Of a stretch of 64,000 bases of DNA, positions 1-11,824 are shown in pieces (within the stretch, counting starts at the first letter, position 1; every line of letters begins with the position of its first letter). The stretch is from Oopsacas minuta. Its lineage: Eukaryota > Animalia > Porifera. Under the pieces are notes generated by a model, which was not told where the DNA came from, made no database searches, and saw only the letters and a program-made list of their open reading frames with translations. The position numbers and the translations under genes were made by a program. Location: contig JAKMXF010000296.1 in assembly GCA_024704765.1 (NCBI GenBank), forward strand, positions 133,307-197,306, given 5' to 3'.

Positions 1-764
1 GCTTTGCTTGACCCTAGTTGGTCTCCTTTTGCACCACAGCCTTATTCTGCCACCAGCTAGCCAAATTGACATCTCATCGCTAAAAACAACTCGCTCCCAG
101 TTAGTTGTTTATTATTCTTAGCACACAATACTCTTTGTTTTTGGCGTCGACCCGTTAGCACAGGAATACTCCTTCCAACCTTGTGGGTGTACTCTCTCCT
201 CTGTAATTCCTTCCTGACCGTCTCATGGGATAAACTTTTCTGGCGAAGATGATTGAATCGACTGGCTAATTTTCGTATGGACATCTTGCGATTCTGATTT
301 GCCAAGCTTACAAGAGATCTAGCATCGTTCACATATAATATTCTCTGTTTTCCGGTTTCAGATTTCCTCTGTATATCACCGCCGTGACGAAATTTGGCCA
401 TATGCAGAAGACAGTGCTCCTCAGGATAGCTGTATGCTGATGTATTTCGCTACCACTTGTAACCCCGACATCGAATAATTTTGGGATGAGGTCTTTCGTT
501 CTAACTCCATCATACTGATTAGTATTTCGACACAAAAGACAAATATGAGCCCCAAAACTGCTATTGGAGCGGTCTATGGAAATATAGCACATATTTTCGG
601 GAATGTGTAAGCTAAGTGACATACTGATAGGTTGTTCGTGTATTCTAGAATCAATTACCTAATGGTAACTTGATATACATGTATAAATGAATCAGAAAAC
701 AAATGAAAAAATTCAGAAAATATACACAGTTACAAGAAAGTCTCAATTTCATCTTGACAGACTC
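1..764 (-). mobile_element. Tc1/mariner element, 5' part (continues left of window), degraded transposase
   Basis: ORF 57-401 resembles the Tc1/Tc3 second HTH (MSIRKLASRF...SHETVRKELQRR); terminus followed by TA at 765-766; 461-764 is an inverted, diverged copy of 63698-64000. Confidence 0.75.
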
Positions 765-769
765 TATGT

Positions 770-2700
770 TCCGTAAAAATTGGATATAACGACAGGATAT
801 AATGACAAATCGGAAATAACGACACATGCATTGCGTCCGGTGGCCTAAAATTGCATCGTCTATAACGACTTCACGGAGGGATAACCGAGCTTTAGTTCCG
901 AACTAAAGCAGAAGTTAATGTTTGACTCTCTTTTTTGAGTTCAGAGCTAGCAATTCGTATACAAGACGTGTTCTTCTTTTAGTGTAATGATGGCACAGCC
1001 AGTGAGAAGGGAAAGCGCTTCTCCTTTGCTAAGAAGTACACTATTGTGCCCAAGAGCTGGACAAGGGTGTAAAAGAGATCATACGTTAAGAGAAGTATGG
1101 AATAACTCACTGAATTCTGTCTGGTTTCATAAAAGACCGCAGGAAGATCAAGGCAACTGTTAATGCCTAGAACAACCGACTGTCCCGCTATTCGAAGCTG
1201 GATTCATCGCTCCTTGAGTGTTTTCGCCACGTAAGAAGTCAGTCATAGGTTACTTGCATCAGTGGTGTAGATCTTCTTTTGAAAGCTGAAGAGATCTTGT
1301 CCAAACTGAAAGACCGTAATATTGATGGCTATGACGAGCCAAACGTTGACAAAACCTGGGTCGACAGGCGGAAGAAGCGTCATGGAGTATCCAGCAAGTT
1401 AATTGTGGAGAATTTCATCTGCTGATCACACCAGTGTCAGTAACTGGTTAGAGACGCAGGTTACCCTGATTAGACAGAAGTACGAAGATAAGGACATTTT
1501 TAACGGGGCGAGATCGGGATGTTCTGAAGAATGATGCCGATAAACCACTAGCTTTCCGTGGACAGGTGTGTAAGGGCGGGGAAACATTCATTGGAAAGCG
1601 TCACAGTTCTCGTTGCTGCTAGTGCACTGGCAGACATCTTCCACTGTTCGTGATCGGAAAGAGCAAACGGCCACACTGCTTCTGTGGTATTCTCATCTTG
1701 CCTATGAGGTATGAAATAAAATGCTTGGATGACATCTAACTGTTTGACCAATGGTGTAGTAGATTGAACAATTCAATGAAATTTGAGAACATAAAGATTC
1801 TTCTGATATTGAACAATTTCGCTGACCATCTATTTCTTGAATTATCCAATGTGGAGATGTTCTTCCTCCCTCCCAACACAACATCACTGACGCAGCCAAC
1901 CGATGTTGGGAACATTAAAAATCTCAAGCACCACTACAAGCGATTCATGGCGAAAAAGCGCCTCAGCTGTTTCAACTCAGGGATGGCTTTCAAAACAACT
2001 TACTGCAAACATTGGAATGGTTGGATAAAGCATGGGAGCTTGTCAAACAAGACACAATTCACAACTTCTATAGTCATGTCGATTTTGGGGACGATCCACC
2101 ACAGTTAGCATCAGGTAACACCCCTGAGCAGAGAAAGCCTCTGCTGACTCTGCTGACTTTATTCTAAGGGGCAATGCTCAATGTGCTGAAATTGCTAGTG
2201 CATACTTCATATTCGAGGACTTTGTGGCAATAGGCGAGGAAGTCCTTACAGGTGATGCGGCTGCAGCTCAAGTTGTAGATAATTTACTGGATACTGTTTT
2301 GTCTTCCAATGAAACAGCTGACGGGGATAGCAGTGTGCCAAAGTTCAGGGAGGCAATGTATGGACTGGAAACAGCTCTGTTATACCAACGTTCTACCAAA
2401 AACTCAGACCTCCACTGTCAATCTGAGTTAAATGCTCATGATTACTACATGGATACACAGCTAAGTCTCCTATCACAGAGAACAATTGCCAGCTATTTCA
2501 AGCCCCATAAAGAAAGATACAGTAAAAATTCAAATCATGTACATTACCATATCATATAATACTGTTTGTTACATTTTGGCGGTTATATTATGCGTATAGT
2601 GCGTGTGTGTGTATGACCCTAAGATCGGATATAGTGACAGATCGCAAATAACGACATGTTTCTCTTGCCCGATGGTGTGCATTGTATCCAATCTCCACTG
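770..2700 (+). pseudogene. Degraded pogo/Tigger (DDE_1) transposon
   Basis: ORF 1764-2108 KILLILNNFADH...FFLPPNTTSLTQPTDVGNIKNLKHHY is the pogo DDE_1 motif; right end gtgcattgtatccaatctccactg reads CAGTGGAG... inward; many stops and frameshifts. Confidence 0.75.
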
Positions 2701-2703
2701 AAT

Positions 2704-3280
2704 AAGGAAGCAATTCGGATGAAGAATCGGGAGGCTGATACTGTTGTAAATGCTTTGGTTCAAGGTTGGTTCTTGCACAATGGGTACCCACTAACATTAC
2801 TCTCAGATCAAGGTCCTAATGGGTAAAAGTTTGAATATTTCTAAGCTTAATTCATCTCCCTACTATCATCTTCAAGGGGGTTGGCAAGCACAGAGAAGTA
2901 GAGAAACATTTAAACAAGTAATGCGGAGATGTTAGAGGACAAAAAGATAACCCATACAGATTGGACAACTTTTGTCCAATCTGGTGTCATTGAATTGCGA
3001 TTCGCAAATTAATCCAGGTACCAGTTTTTCGCAACATGAGATTGTCTACGGTGCTTAACTGCGAACGAGAGCGGACGCTGTCTTTCCGGCTTCTGACCAA
3101 ACCAATTTCCCTGAAGTTTAAAGTTATGGTAGCTGGTCGAAGCTGTCGCGGGGATAATATTGAAAAATCGCAATAATAAATGCGCAGGAGGTATAACTTT
3201 GACTTGAAGGAGTCTGGTGTGAGGTCAGGAGACTAGGTATGGTTTCAAAACAATGCTAGGACTAGGGACGCTAATCCAAT
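2704..3280 (+). pseudogene. Gypsy-type LTR retrotransposon integrase relic
   Basis: Reads EAIRMKNREADTVVNALVQGWFLHNGYPLTLLSDQGP...SSPYYHLQG, an rve integrase core with stops/frameshifts. Confidence 0.65.
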
Positions 3281-3873
3281 CCAATCAAAACAAGTATCGA
3301 TTGTCGATTGGCACGTTTCACATCGATTCGATCGTCGATTGGAATGTCGCCAAAATTTATTTGATATTTATCGCCAGAATTTCAGATATTTCTCCATGAT
3401 ATTTTTGTTTATTATAGGCCGTTTAAAAGTGGAGTTTGAACGGCCCATAATTAAATGCTACAATAGGAGAGTAATAGTATGCGAAGTGCACAGTGGCTTT
3501 AGTTCGGAATTTAATGGAAATAGGTATTAGTTTGCTACATAGCTATTTGAAATGTACTGTTGATGTACAGGAAATCGGTGGTCACGAGTTGATTGTGCAA
3601 CTATCAGAATTTATGTAGGATTTCACATTATGTGTATTTCAGGTATTCTAAGTGTGGCAATCAAATAATATTATGATTGAAAATTAATATTTTTAGAATC
3701 CCATGAACTTTAATAATATTGCCCATATGATGTGAAATTGGGAAATTGTTTTTATAAACTTAATCCATCATTTTGCTATGATATTTAATTAACCGCCCTG
3801 TAAGTCTAATTGATAGATATTCAAGACTGCTTGTTTATACTTTTCCCTTCTACTAAATAAGATAAATTAGAAT

Positions 3874-5981
3874 TCAATTATCAATAACTAATGACTGAAT
3901 TAATGCATCTTGTTCTTGGGGTACTAGCTGCAGCAGACTATATCTCAAGCTACAAGTATGATCAAATTCTTCACATATTTTATACATAGTTTGCGATCGG
4001 AAACTCACTTGAACAGGGTCACTTTGACTAAGGAGATGGACAAACGCATCCTTGGTGTTTGATGTAGAGGACATCTTTCTGGCAAGATGTTCACGGTATA
4101 TTCTAATCTATTCCTTCATGCCTCGACTGCTCCATCAGAAATGTCCTTCAGTCCAAAACCATTGTCACAATCTCTAATTAATTCTGGAGAATGAACTAGC
4201 AGCCTGTGGAGTGATGGAGTGATACTTGCTCATGGAAAATCGATGAGTTATTGATTCATAGGTCTCTCTGCAAATCGAATCCAATTTGCTTGTGTTAATT
4301 GTTTGAATAGGGTTCAAGAAGCGTAACAATACAGAAAATTTGGTTTGTGAATTATCTATTTGTTACATCAAATCTGGTGGAATCATGATGCACACACAAT
4401 AGATGAATTTTTCTTATTGAGGAAACAAGATCTAGCAACATTCCCTGTGGAAGTTGTCCCTCCATCAGTACTTGGTTGATCTATTCTCAAACCACTCTTC
4501 ATATAAAAGGTCGCGAGCAAATTTCATAGAATCAAATATAACTCTGGAGGAAGGTGACCATTTATACGTACCTGAAGGTATGTGATATATTTAATTCATG
4601 TACCAATTAAAGACACAAATGTATGCATGTAGAGGAGGAGATATATGAATTATGTCTATGCTTGATAGTAGTGGATGGGTTAAGCCTGACGTTGTATAGA
4701 AGGGAGCAATCGATAGTCTTCTTGATCAACTATAGAAAAGATTTCTCTAGCAGTAGTAATGCTCTTGTTAATTGGAAATACTGACCTTACAATTTCTAAG
4801 TCTGTTAATTCAGATTTATTGGCAGTACATAGTTGGTAATGGGCGCCACCTGCTCCACTTAAAATCACTGACATCTTACCATCTATCATAGTACGGTGAA
4901 ATGTCACATTAACAAGTCCTTTGGGAAGTAGGATACTTTCCTGTGCAATTGAATCAACTTCGGAGTTAATAATGCTGTCCATTGGGAATTTGATGTTCTC
5001 TTGGTTTTCCTTTTCAGCTAATAATGTAATAGGTCGTACACAAAATGGTAAATTAGGGATGTAATCTGACCAAACAGTAGTGCCAGATGAGTCAATTAGT
5101 GAAATAGTATTTATCCAAAATGAGTAAATTTTTTGGTGTTGAAATTCGGTATTCCATCAAACTGATTGTAGATTTTATGTCACCTTAAGCCTTCTAAGCC
5201 ATCTGAAATCTTTAAACTTAAGGGATATTGACTCTCAAGTAGTCCAAGAACAATTTCCAATAAGCTTAACACAGTTTGTTTCAAGATGGATCTATAAAAA
5301 ATTCCGATACCAATATTGACGTCTTCTAAATTTTGATTTCAAGAACATTAGTTGAGAGTATATTTCTAGCACGATAGTCAGAAATTATATTATTTGGAAG
5401 GAAGACTATGCTTTCTTGCTTACACAATTTCCGCATAATTGTTTACTCACGTAACCCTATTTCCAAGAAATCTAACAAATATAATGACTTGTCAAAAGGT
5501 CACCGCTTAACAGCACTTCCGAATGCCCCATGTTCAATAAATTGCTGACAAAAATTAATCATTGCATGTTTTCTAGCTTCACCACCATATAGCTTTAGGA
5601 CATTGCTATTTCAATCGGATCAACATCCTCGTTCTGAGCCCACAAATGAAATTAAATCCAAATTGGTCTGAGTGCCTTGTTTGTTAATTCATATAATGGT
5701 TTCTACCCTCCTTAGTTAGTTCACGCTGAAACACTATGCTTGTTTCACTGAAGCGTTTCTTCAGAGGACTGACAATGTGAAGAGTGTGAAAAGAAGCCCT
5801 TCCCAAGCGAGTAGATCACTTCGTTCGGTGTAAACATTTCGGTCAGAATTAAGTTGGGAGAACTAACGACGAATAGAGTAGACTAGCCTTCAGGAATTTG
5901 ATAGTTTTCGAAGAAAACATCTTTTGCTTCTCTAACAGACAAGTGAGAGTTAAGGAAATCAATTGCCTCCTTGTTATTCAT
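3874..5981 (-). pseudogene. Transib/RAG1-core-like transposase pseudogene
   Basis: MNNKEAIDFLNSHL...LKISDGLEGLR*HKIYNQ...PNLPFCVRPITLLAEKE...HRTMIDGKM...GAHYQLCTA...RIDQPSTDGGTTSTGNVAR...PSLHRLLVH...LARK...LLSQSDPV; multiple stops and frameshifts. Confidence 0.85.
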
Positions 5982-6588
5982 TATGAATATCTGATATCGT
6001 CCAATGCAGAAAAATATTAAAACTAAAAATTTACAAATAACTCGTATTTAGCTCAACTATACCATATTACAGTTTTTGTGCATTAGCTTTTCTACGTTCG
6101 AGGAATGGTAATTTTTAGGCCTAATGAAAGTCACTTTTTGGAATGAGAGTATGGGGTTTTTGTATTACAAAGAACTATACTATTCTATAGCTCAGTTATA
6201 TATACGGACTCTGGAAAATTTTGTATCCGCTTTAATTAAAAATATTCACCAGCCTTTTCGGGTGTTTCGGGAAGTGGAAATGGTTTTACTTTGAGGAATT
6301 CTTAATTCTGGATCAATTAAAGTGCTCAGCTTTTCTGCCAACATAGTGCCCACGATGAGGTTCCACCATTTTTAGAGAGCCCAAAGTTTCCTATGATATT
6401 TTCCTGTTTAAAATGAAATTATAAGCTATTAAATTTAAAGTGTATAGTTCTTTGTTTATAAGTTCAGATAATCCATGTACCAGAATTTGAATCGGGTCCA
6501 CTTTTCAGAACCCGACCCGAACCCGAAGTGTAAAGAAGTGTAGATATTAACCGAAATTCCTCTAAAATATATGTTTTGTTGACATTTT

Positions 6589-7214
6589 AACTAATGCGAG
6601 CCTTTAGCTCGCCCCTTCACGATGAACTCGATGCATTGCGCCCTCGAGATATCCATCATTCTCCAAATTGACAGCCCCTTTGAGTAAAATAATAAAGATG
6701 TATAAAGAACAATGTAATTCACAAATATACTTAGATAGCATATATACTATTGAATTATTTTGTATTATCAACCCACTTTGTAGCCGTTAAGAGTAAGCCT
6801 ATTCATAAAAACAACAATATATTTTCATATCAATGGACAAACTAACAGACAAACAACTATTGAGATTTAATAATATAGTTGTTGTTTACAATACCATATT
6901 CATTCTCAGCATTCTCGATTACTCCAGTATAGTCGGTTAAAGTATGATTCTGCCTCAATTTTGAAAATTGTTTACTTTAGACTCATAAGAACAACATTAA
7001 ACTTACATATGATTAATCCGAAAGTGTGAAATCGGACTCAGAATGTTCGGTACATTTAGTGAAGTTTCATTGAATTATATTCAATTACTTGATAAACACG
7101 ATAAATACATAGTTAGGCGACAAATTCAAAATTCAATACGATAAATCCTTTCCTTGAAAATGGACAAACAAACAGACAGACAAACAAGCAACGATTGAGA
7201 ATTAATAATATAGA
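6589..7214 (+). mobile_element. Helentron-associated (HINE/DINE-1-like) non-autonomous repeat(s) inserted in Transib family 1
   Basis: 5' gcgagc-N5-gctcgc hairpin; two 3' ends with (CAGA/CAAA)n followed by TTAATAATATAG at ~6840-6878 and ~7160-7214. Confidence 0.45.
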
Positions 7215-7960
7215 TTGCTCAAACAATAATATTAGTTCAAAAATAGAATTAATCTTTGAAAAATTAAGCACAAAGTTCGAACTGATCAACTTCGAACTCA
7301 AACCAGACCCTGATTCCAACTCTGCCATGCACCAATATAGATACAATTGTTACTAGAAATGGAATTCAAAATACTGCGATAGAAATTGATATATTATCTG
7401 AGGTAACCACAAAATATTTCAAGTAAAACAAGAAGTCACTTTACATATCCATATAGCATAATATCAAATCGAAAGAATGCGAGTGTCAAATTTAATCAGA
7501 ATATGTTTTCGAATAGTCAGATTAAAATAGCAATATTTTCCAATGAATATAGCAACATTAAATTTTCATGCTTTTAATGTTATGGAGCCACTGTGAAATG
7601 TCAGAATCTGACAGCCCCATTCTTTTCGTATTCCAATTTCAAGAGGTAACCAAATGTATGTTGTTTTTTCCCAGATACAACGATAAATATCGAGAATTAT
7701 CCGGAAACATTTGAAAAATCTATCAAAATTTGGATAAATATAAGTGGATTGCCGATTGAACTGGAATAATTTGATAGGAATTGCATCCATGGCGCGAAGT
7801 AGATAAAAATCGATAGAAAACGATAAATAATTGATAAATATCGATGAAAATATTACGAAATATCAATGATAATATCTAGAGAAATATCGATTGATTTATC
7901 GAGAAATATCCAGAAGATATCGATGAAAAATCGATAAATTCTTGATTGTCATTATAGATT

Positions 7961-8585
7961 GCATTGTTAAGGAAAAGTATCTAATGCCCAGTATGTGATC
8001 TTTTGGATAGGACTTTTAGAAAGATCGAGAAGAAAAGAGGACTTAAATTGCATTGAACGGATCCTGATGGACATCATAGACCACTCGTTCACTTAAATTG
8101 TTTTATGATAGCTGCCAAACCGTCACATCCGGGGAGGATCATTTGTTTCCCTCCTTTGTTTGGCTTTGGGAAGATTTAGATGCAGGGGAAACTCAAGGTA
8201 GCGGTGATAGGTTGCAAACGTCTGATCACAACAGCACACGACCACAGCCGAGGTTCTCAACGCCTTACTGATGGATGGATTCTAGAAAGGGGAAACTCAC
8301 AGCGAGATATTTTAGGCTGATACAGTAAGATCTCGCCAAAGAAAGGATCCGGACATGGTTATATGGCCAGCTTTAAAGAAAAGAAAGTAGTGACATGAAT
8401 CTTTTAAGTGAGAGAGCAGTGCTATGTAGTGACTATATAATTAGACTAGATTAGCCATGAGTGGTTTATCACCTATTAGTATATAGATTAGCCCTTAGTT
8501 ACTATTTTGTTAGGAGTTTCATTCATATTCTTTACTGTGTATTAGCTTTCTATAATATTTGATTATTCAATTGACACTAGATTAC
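7961..8585 (+). mobile_element. Gypsy integrase C-terminal relic, purine tract and probable 3' LTR
   Basis: KVSNAQYVI (GPY/F-region-like) at ~7975; purine tract aaagaaaagaaag at ~8375-8388 followed by TG...TTACA; appears to continue 2704-3280. Confidence 0.45.
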
Positions 8586-9747
8586 ATGCTCATCACAATA
8601 TGTTTATTCTCACTAACATTTCATTACATTTAAAGCTGTCAATTTCCAGTGATTTTTGAAAGCAAAACGGCGTCATTTGATAGCCCTGTGAACATCTTGT
8701 TCCTATGCCCCTGCCACAACTAATCATCTTCCCGGAATAGAACTGAGTAGAGTGGGCGGCAACCCTACAGCAGGTCCGTAGCCACTGGTCAGGCTAGTCC
8801 GGTTTCAACCTGACCACTTTTGGTTGCTAAATTTCTCCAATAAGGCACCACTTAGTAAGGTTGGTTTTACTGTATATCTATATAGACAGATTAATTATAT
8901 TTCACCAAATATACCTACAGCCGCTTTTCGTTGCCTTTTTTTCATATAAATTATTCACCATTTTTGAAATTACCACTGAATTTGTCACAAATTATCCTAA
9001 TTTGTTGCTAGTCAAATGATCGTCCAAATTTTTTTCTAGGGCTTATGATAAATGTATATTCACAAGTTTTTCTTCTGACGCCCTGCGCTAGTTTAGGGAA
9101 ATACTGTAATACTTGTAATCTTAGTCCACTAAGATAAGGCCTGCTCACTGAGTCAATTTTCATTGATACAGGGATTAATGAATTGGATATATATTTTCGT
9201 AATTCTATAATGCCGATGATAAGTAACTTGTACATTTTCACCCGAATAAATGTAGTATTGATATGTAATCTTGATATGCGTAAATCTTTCCAATATTCAA
9301 CAAAACATGGTTGTCCGGAACCCCAGATCCGAGACCTGGGGGCCTGAACCCCCCCAGGATGGGCACTTTACGCCTATAGTCCGGAACCGCCGGAATGGAT
9401 ACTTTTACGCCCATGGTAACAATTCATAAAAGTTACATTCGTGAAAATATTCAGATCAAAGTCACGTCATCTGGTAGCGTATTAGGCATGTTTTACTAAT
9501 TAAAATTTGCTCCATATTTGTAACCATATAAGTAGGACGATAATCATACCATGTTGAATGATAATTACCAAATGATCTAAAACCCTTCTGTATACAACAC
9601 AGAGCTACATAAATATATTTTTTCAGTACACAATCTAAGTTATCCAATTTTTCTAATACAACTTTTCGTGCTGAGTTTGAAAAACGCATCCATTTATGGC
9701 CATCACGTCAGGATTTTATAGTATAGAACAAGGCTTGTTTTTGAATA

Positions 9748-11824
9748 CAGTCAAACCTCTCCATAGTGAACACCCTCGGGACCGATTTTTTTGTTCATTA
9801 TAGCGAGGTGTTCATTAATGAGAGGTTACATTGAAATAGTATAACAATGAAATTTTAATAAGCTATATGAAATGTATTATGATTTAAGTATGCAATGTTA
9901 ATGTGTTTTTAGCTATTAATTAATTTTCTCCAAATAATCAGTAAGTTTTGACTGCCTTTGACATGTTCCTTCTGATATTAGCTCTTTGATTGCTGATTCA
10001 GCTTTCATTACAGCTCCAAACACCTTACTGTCGTTATTGCTGAATGTCTTTATTACATCCAATGAATACAGTACTTCTTTTACTGTTGGAGCTTTTGAGA
10101 TTGGAATATCTGAGTCGCTTTCTTCATCCAATTCTAATGTTTCATTGTCTGCTGGTGATAAATAATTTTCTATTAGCTGTGTTTCCCAATCATCATCAGT
10201 ATATGCATGCAGTAATTGTTCCTCTTCATCGATATTCATGAAGTTAATTCCTGAACAACATTCGATTCCAAGACTGGAAGACAAATCATCAATCATATTT
10301 TGGATATTTTCTTCATGGTCAAGATTTGCGTGTTCATAGAAACCAAATCCAGCAATTGCGAAACATTTCTGAATAGTTTCAGATTTGACATTTTCCCAAG
10401 CTTGGGCTGCCCAATACAACGCATGCTTAACTGTGATCGATTTAATTAGTCCTTGCCCAGAATCACAAGATTCAACTCTGCTTAGTACATCCATTAAGAG
10501 GATCTTCCTATAAGAAAGTTTCATAGACTGTATAATTCCTTGATCCATTGGCTGTAATTGGGATGTACAATTTGCAGGAAAAAACTTTAACTCAATATTA
10601 CTAAATACTGAATGAGGATGACTTGTAGCATTATCAATGAATACAAGAATCTTTCTCTTTTGTCGCTTCATTTTATTGTTGATATCCTTCAACCATTCTC
10701 CAAATATACTACTATCCATCCAAGCCTTTTTGTTTGCTTTCCATTGCACCGGCATTTGACTAAAGTCCATGTGTTTGAAGCACCTAGGATTCTGACTTTT
10801 CCCTATCATCAATAGTTTCAATTTTTCCGTACCCGACATATTCGCACACAAAAGAATTGTCAACCTATCCTTTGACGTCTTTGTTCCGTTGCAAATTTTG
10901 TTTTTCTCTACAAGAGACTTAGTTGGCAAAACCTTATAGTAGAGACCTGTTTCATCACAATTGAAAATATCTTCAGGGCTGTAACCACCTATTATCGTAT
11001 GTAATTGTTGCTTCCATGTATCAACAGTCCCCGGATCAACACTGGCACTTTCACCGCATAGTGTCTTGAATGCTATATTGTACCTTGACCTGAACTTTTC
11101 CAACCAGCCATTAGAGGCTTTGAATGGTATACCTAGTTGTTCGGCAAAATCTATGCCCTTTGCTTGTAAGATAGGTCCTGAAATTGGTATATTCTTTGAT
11201 CTAGCTGTTACAAACCACTGCCAAATAAGATCATTAACTTCACAATGACTAGACAATCTAACTCGCTTCATTTGTAGGTTACAGTTTTCTTCGCAAGCCA
11301 TTTGGATTTCCTGTTTCTTCTTAAGAATGTTATTTACGGCTCCCACAGATATACCAAATCGATCAGCTACATCACGCTGGCTGTGCGTTGAGGCAAATTC
11401 TATTACATTGAGCTTTTCGGATATTGTAAGATTTTTCCTTTTTAGTGACATCACGGATAGATGGCTAAAATAACCTGAGTTGGTAGAGTAATTCTAAACT
11501 ACGTATTAGTACGTTATACGTTAGCAATTGATAACTTATTAGTAGTATATGCATATGTGACATTATCTTTTCACGCTTTTCATATAACACTGTTTATTTT
11601 GTATTCAGAAACCTGACCCATGTTCACTAATTGGAGGTTCATTCTAATTGAGATACTTATGAAATGTTCAAATAAGGTGTTCACTATTCACAGTATAGAG
11701 GTGTTCATTAAAGAGAGGTTCTTATAAATATTATTTGATAGGGAAATATTTGGGACCAGAATATAGTGTTCACTATTTGGAGGTGTTCACTAATGAGAGG
11801 TGTTCACTATTGGAGGTTTGACTG
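9748..11824 (-). mobile_element. Intact pogo/Tigger transposon (2,077 bp)
   Basis: TIRs CAGTCAAACCTC(TCC/CA)ATAGTGAACAC, TA on both sides, arrays of GTGTTCA(C/T)TAA subterminal repeats, uninterrupted ORF. Confidence 0.93.
9916..11451 (-). CDS. pogo/Tigger-family transposase (CENP-B N-terminal HTH, Tc5 HTH, DDE_1; DD29D), 511 aa
   Basis: KRKNLTISEKLNVI; PISGPILQAKG...ASNGWLEKFRSRY; FNCDETGL, FIDNATSH, LQPMDQGII; ATG at 11451-11449. Confidence 0.92.
   Translation of the reverse strand: MSLKRKNLTISEKLNVIEFASTHSQRDVADRFGISVGAVNNILKKKQEIQMACEENCNLQMKRVRLSSHCEVNDLIWQWFVTARSKNIPISGPILQAKGIDFAEQLGIPFKASNGWLEKFRSRYNIAFKTLCGESASVDPGTVDTWKQQLHTIIGGYSPEDIFNCDETGLYYKVLPTKSLVEKNKICNGTKTSKDRLTILLCANMSGTEKLKLLMIGKSQNPRCFKHMDFSQMPVQWKANKKAWMDSSIFGEWLKDINNKMKRQKRKILVFIDNATSHPHSVFSNIELKFFPANCTSQLQPMDQGIIQSMKLSYRKILLMDVLSRVESCDSGQGLIKSITVKHALYWAAQAWENVKSETIQKCFAIAGFGFYEHANLDHEENIQNMIDDLSSSLGIECCSGINFMNIDEEEQLLHAYTDDDWETQLIENYLSPADNETLELDEESDSDIPISKAPTVKEVLYSLDVIKTFSNNDSKVFGAVMKAESAIKELISEGTCQRQSKLTDYLEKIN

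Larger units (their letters stand above)
3489..7595 (-). mobile_element. Transib/RAG1-like DNA transposon, family 1 (both termini present, transposase dead)
   Basis: Termini CACAGTGGCT at 3489 and AGCCACTGTG ending 7595; flanks AAGTG/AAATG (5-bp TSD, 4/5 match); RAG1-core-like pseudo-ORF inside. Confidence 0.85.
3281..7960. mobile_element. ATCGAT-repeat-rich non-autonomous element, split by the Transib insertion (parts ~3281-3488 and ~7596-7960)
   Basis: Clusters of (T)ATCGAT(A) motifs at 3295-3345 and 7800-7945 with loosely inverted ends; boundaries approximate. Confidence 0.45.

Noticed and set aside
10044-11248. Plus-strand ORFs 10044-10241, 10612-10815, 11066-11248 (likewise 59704-60027, 46114-46386, 50836-51093)
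   Set aside because: Antisense shadows of real or former coding frames.
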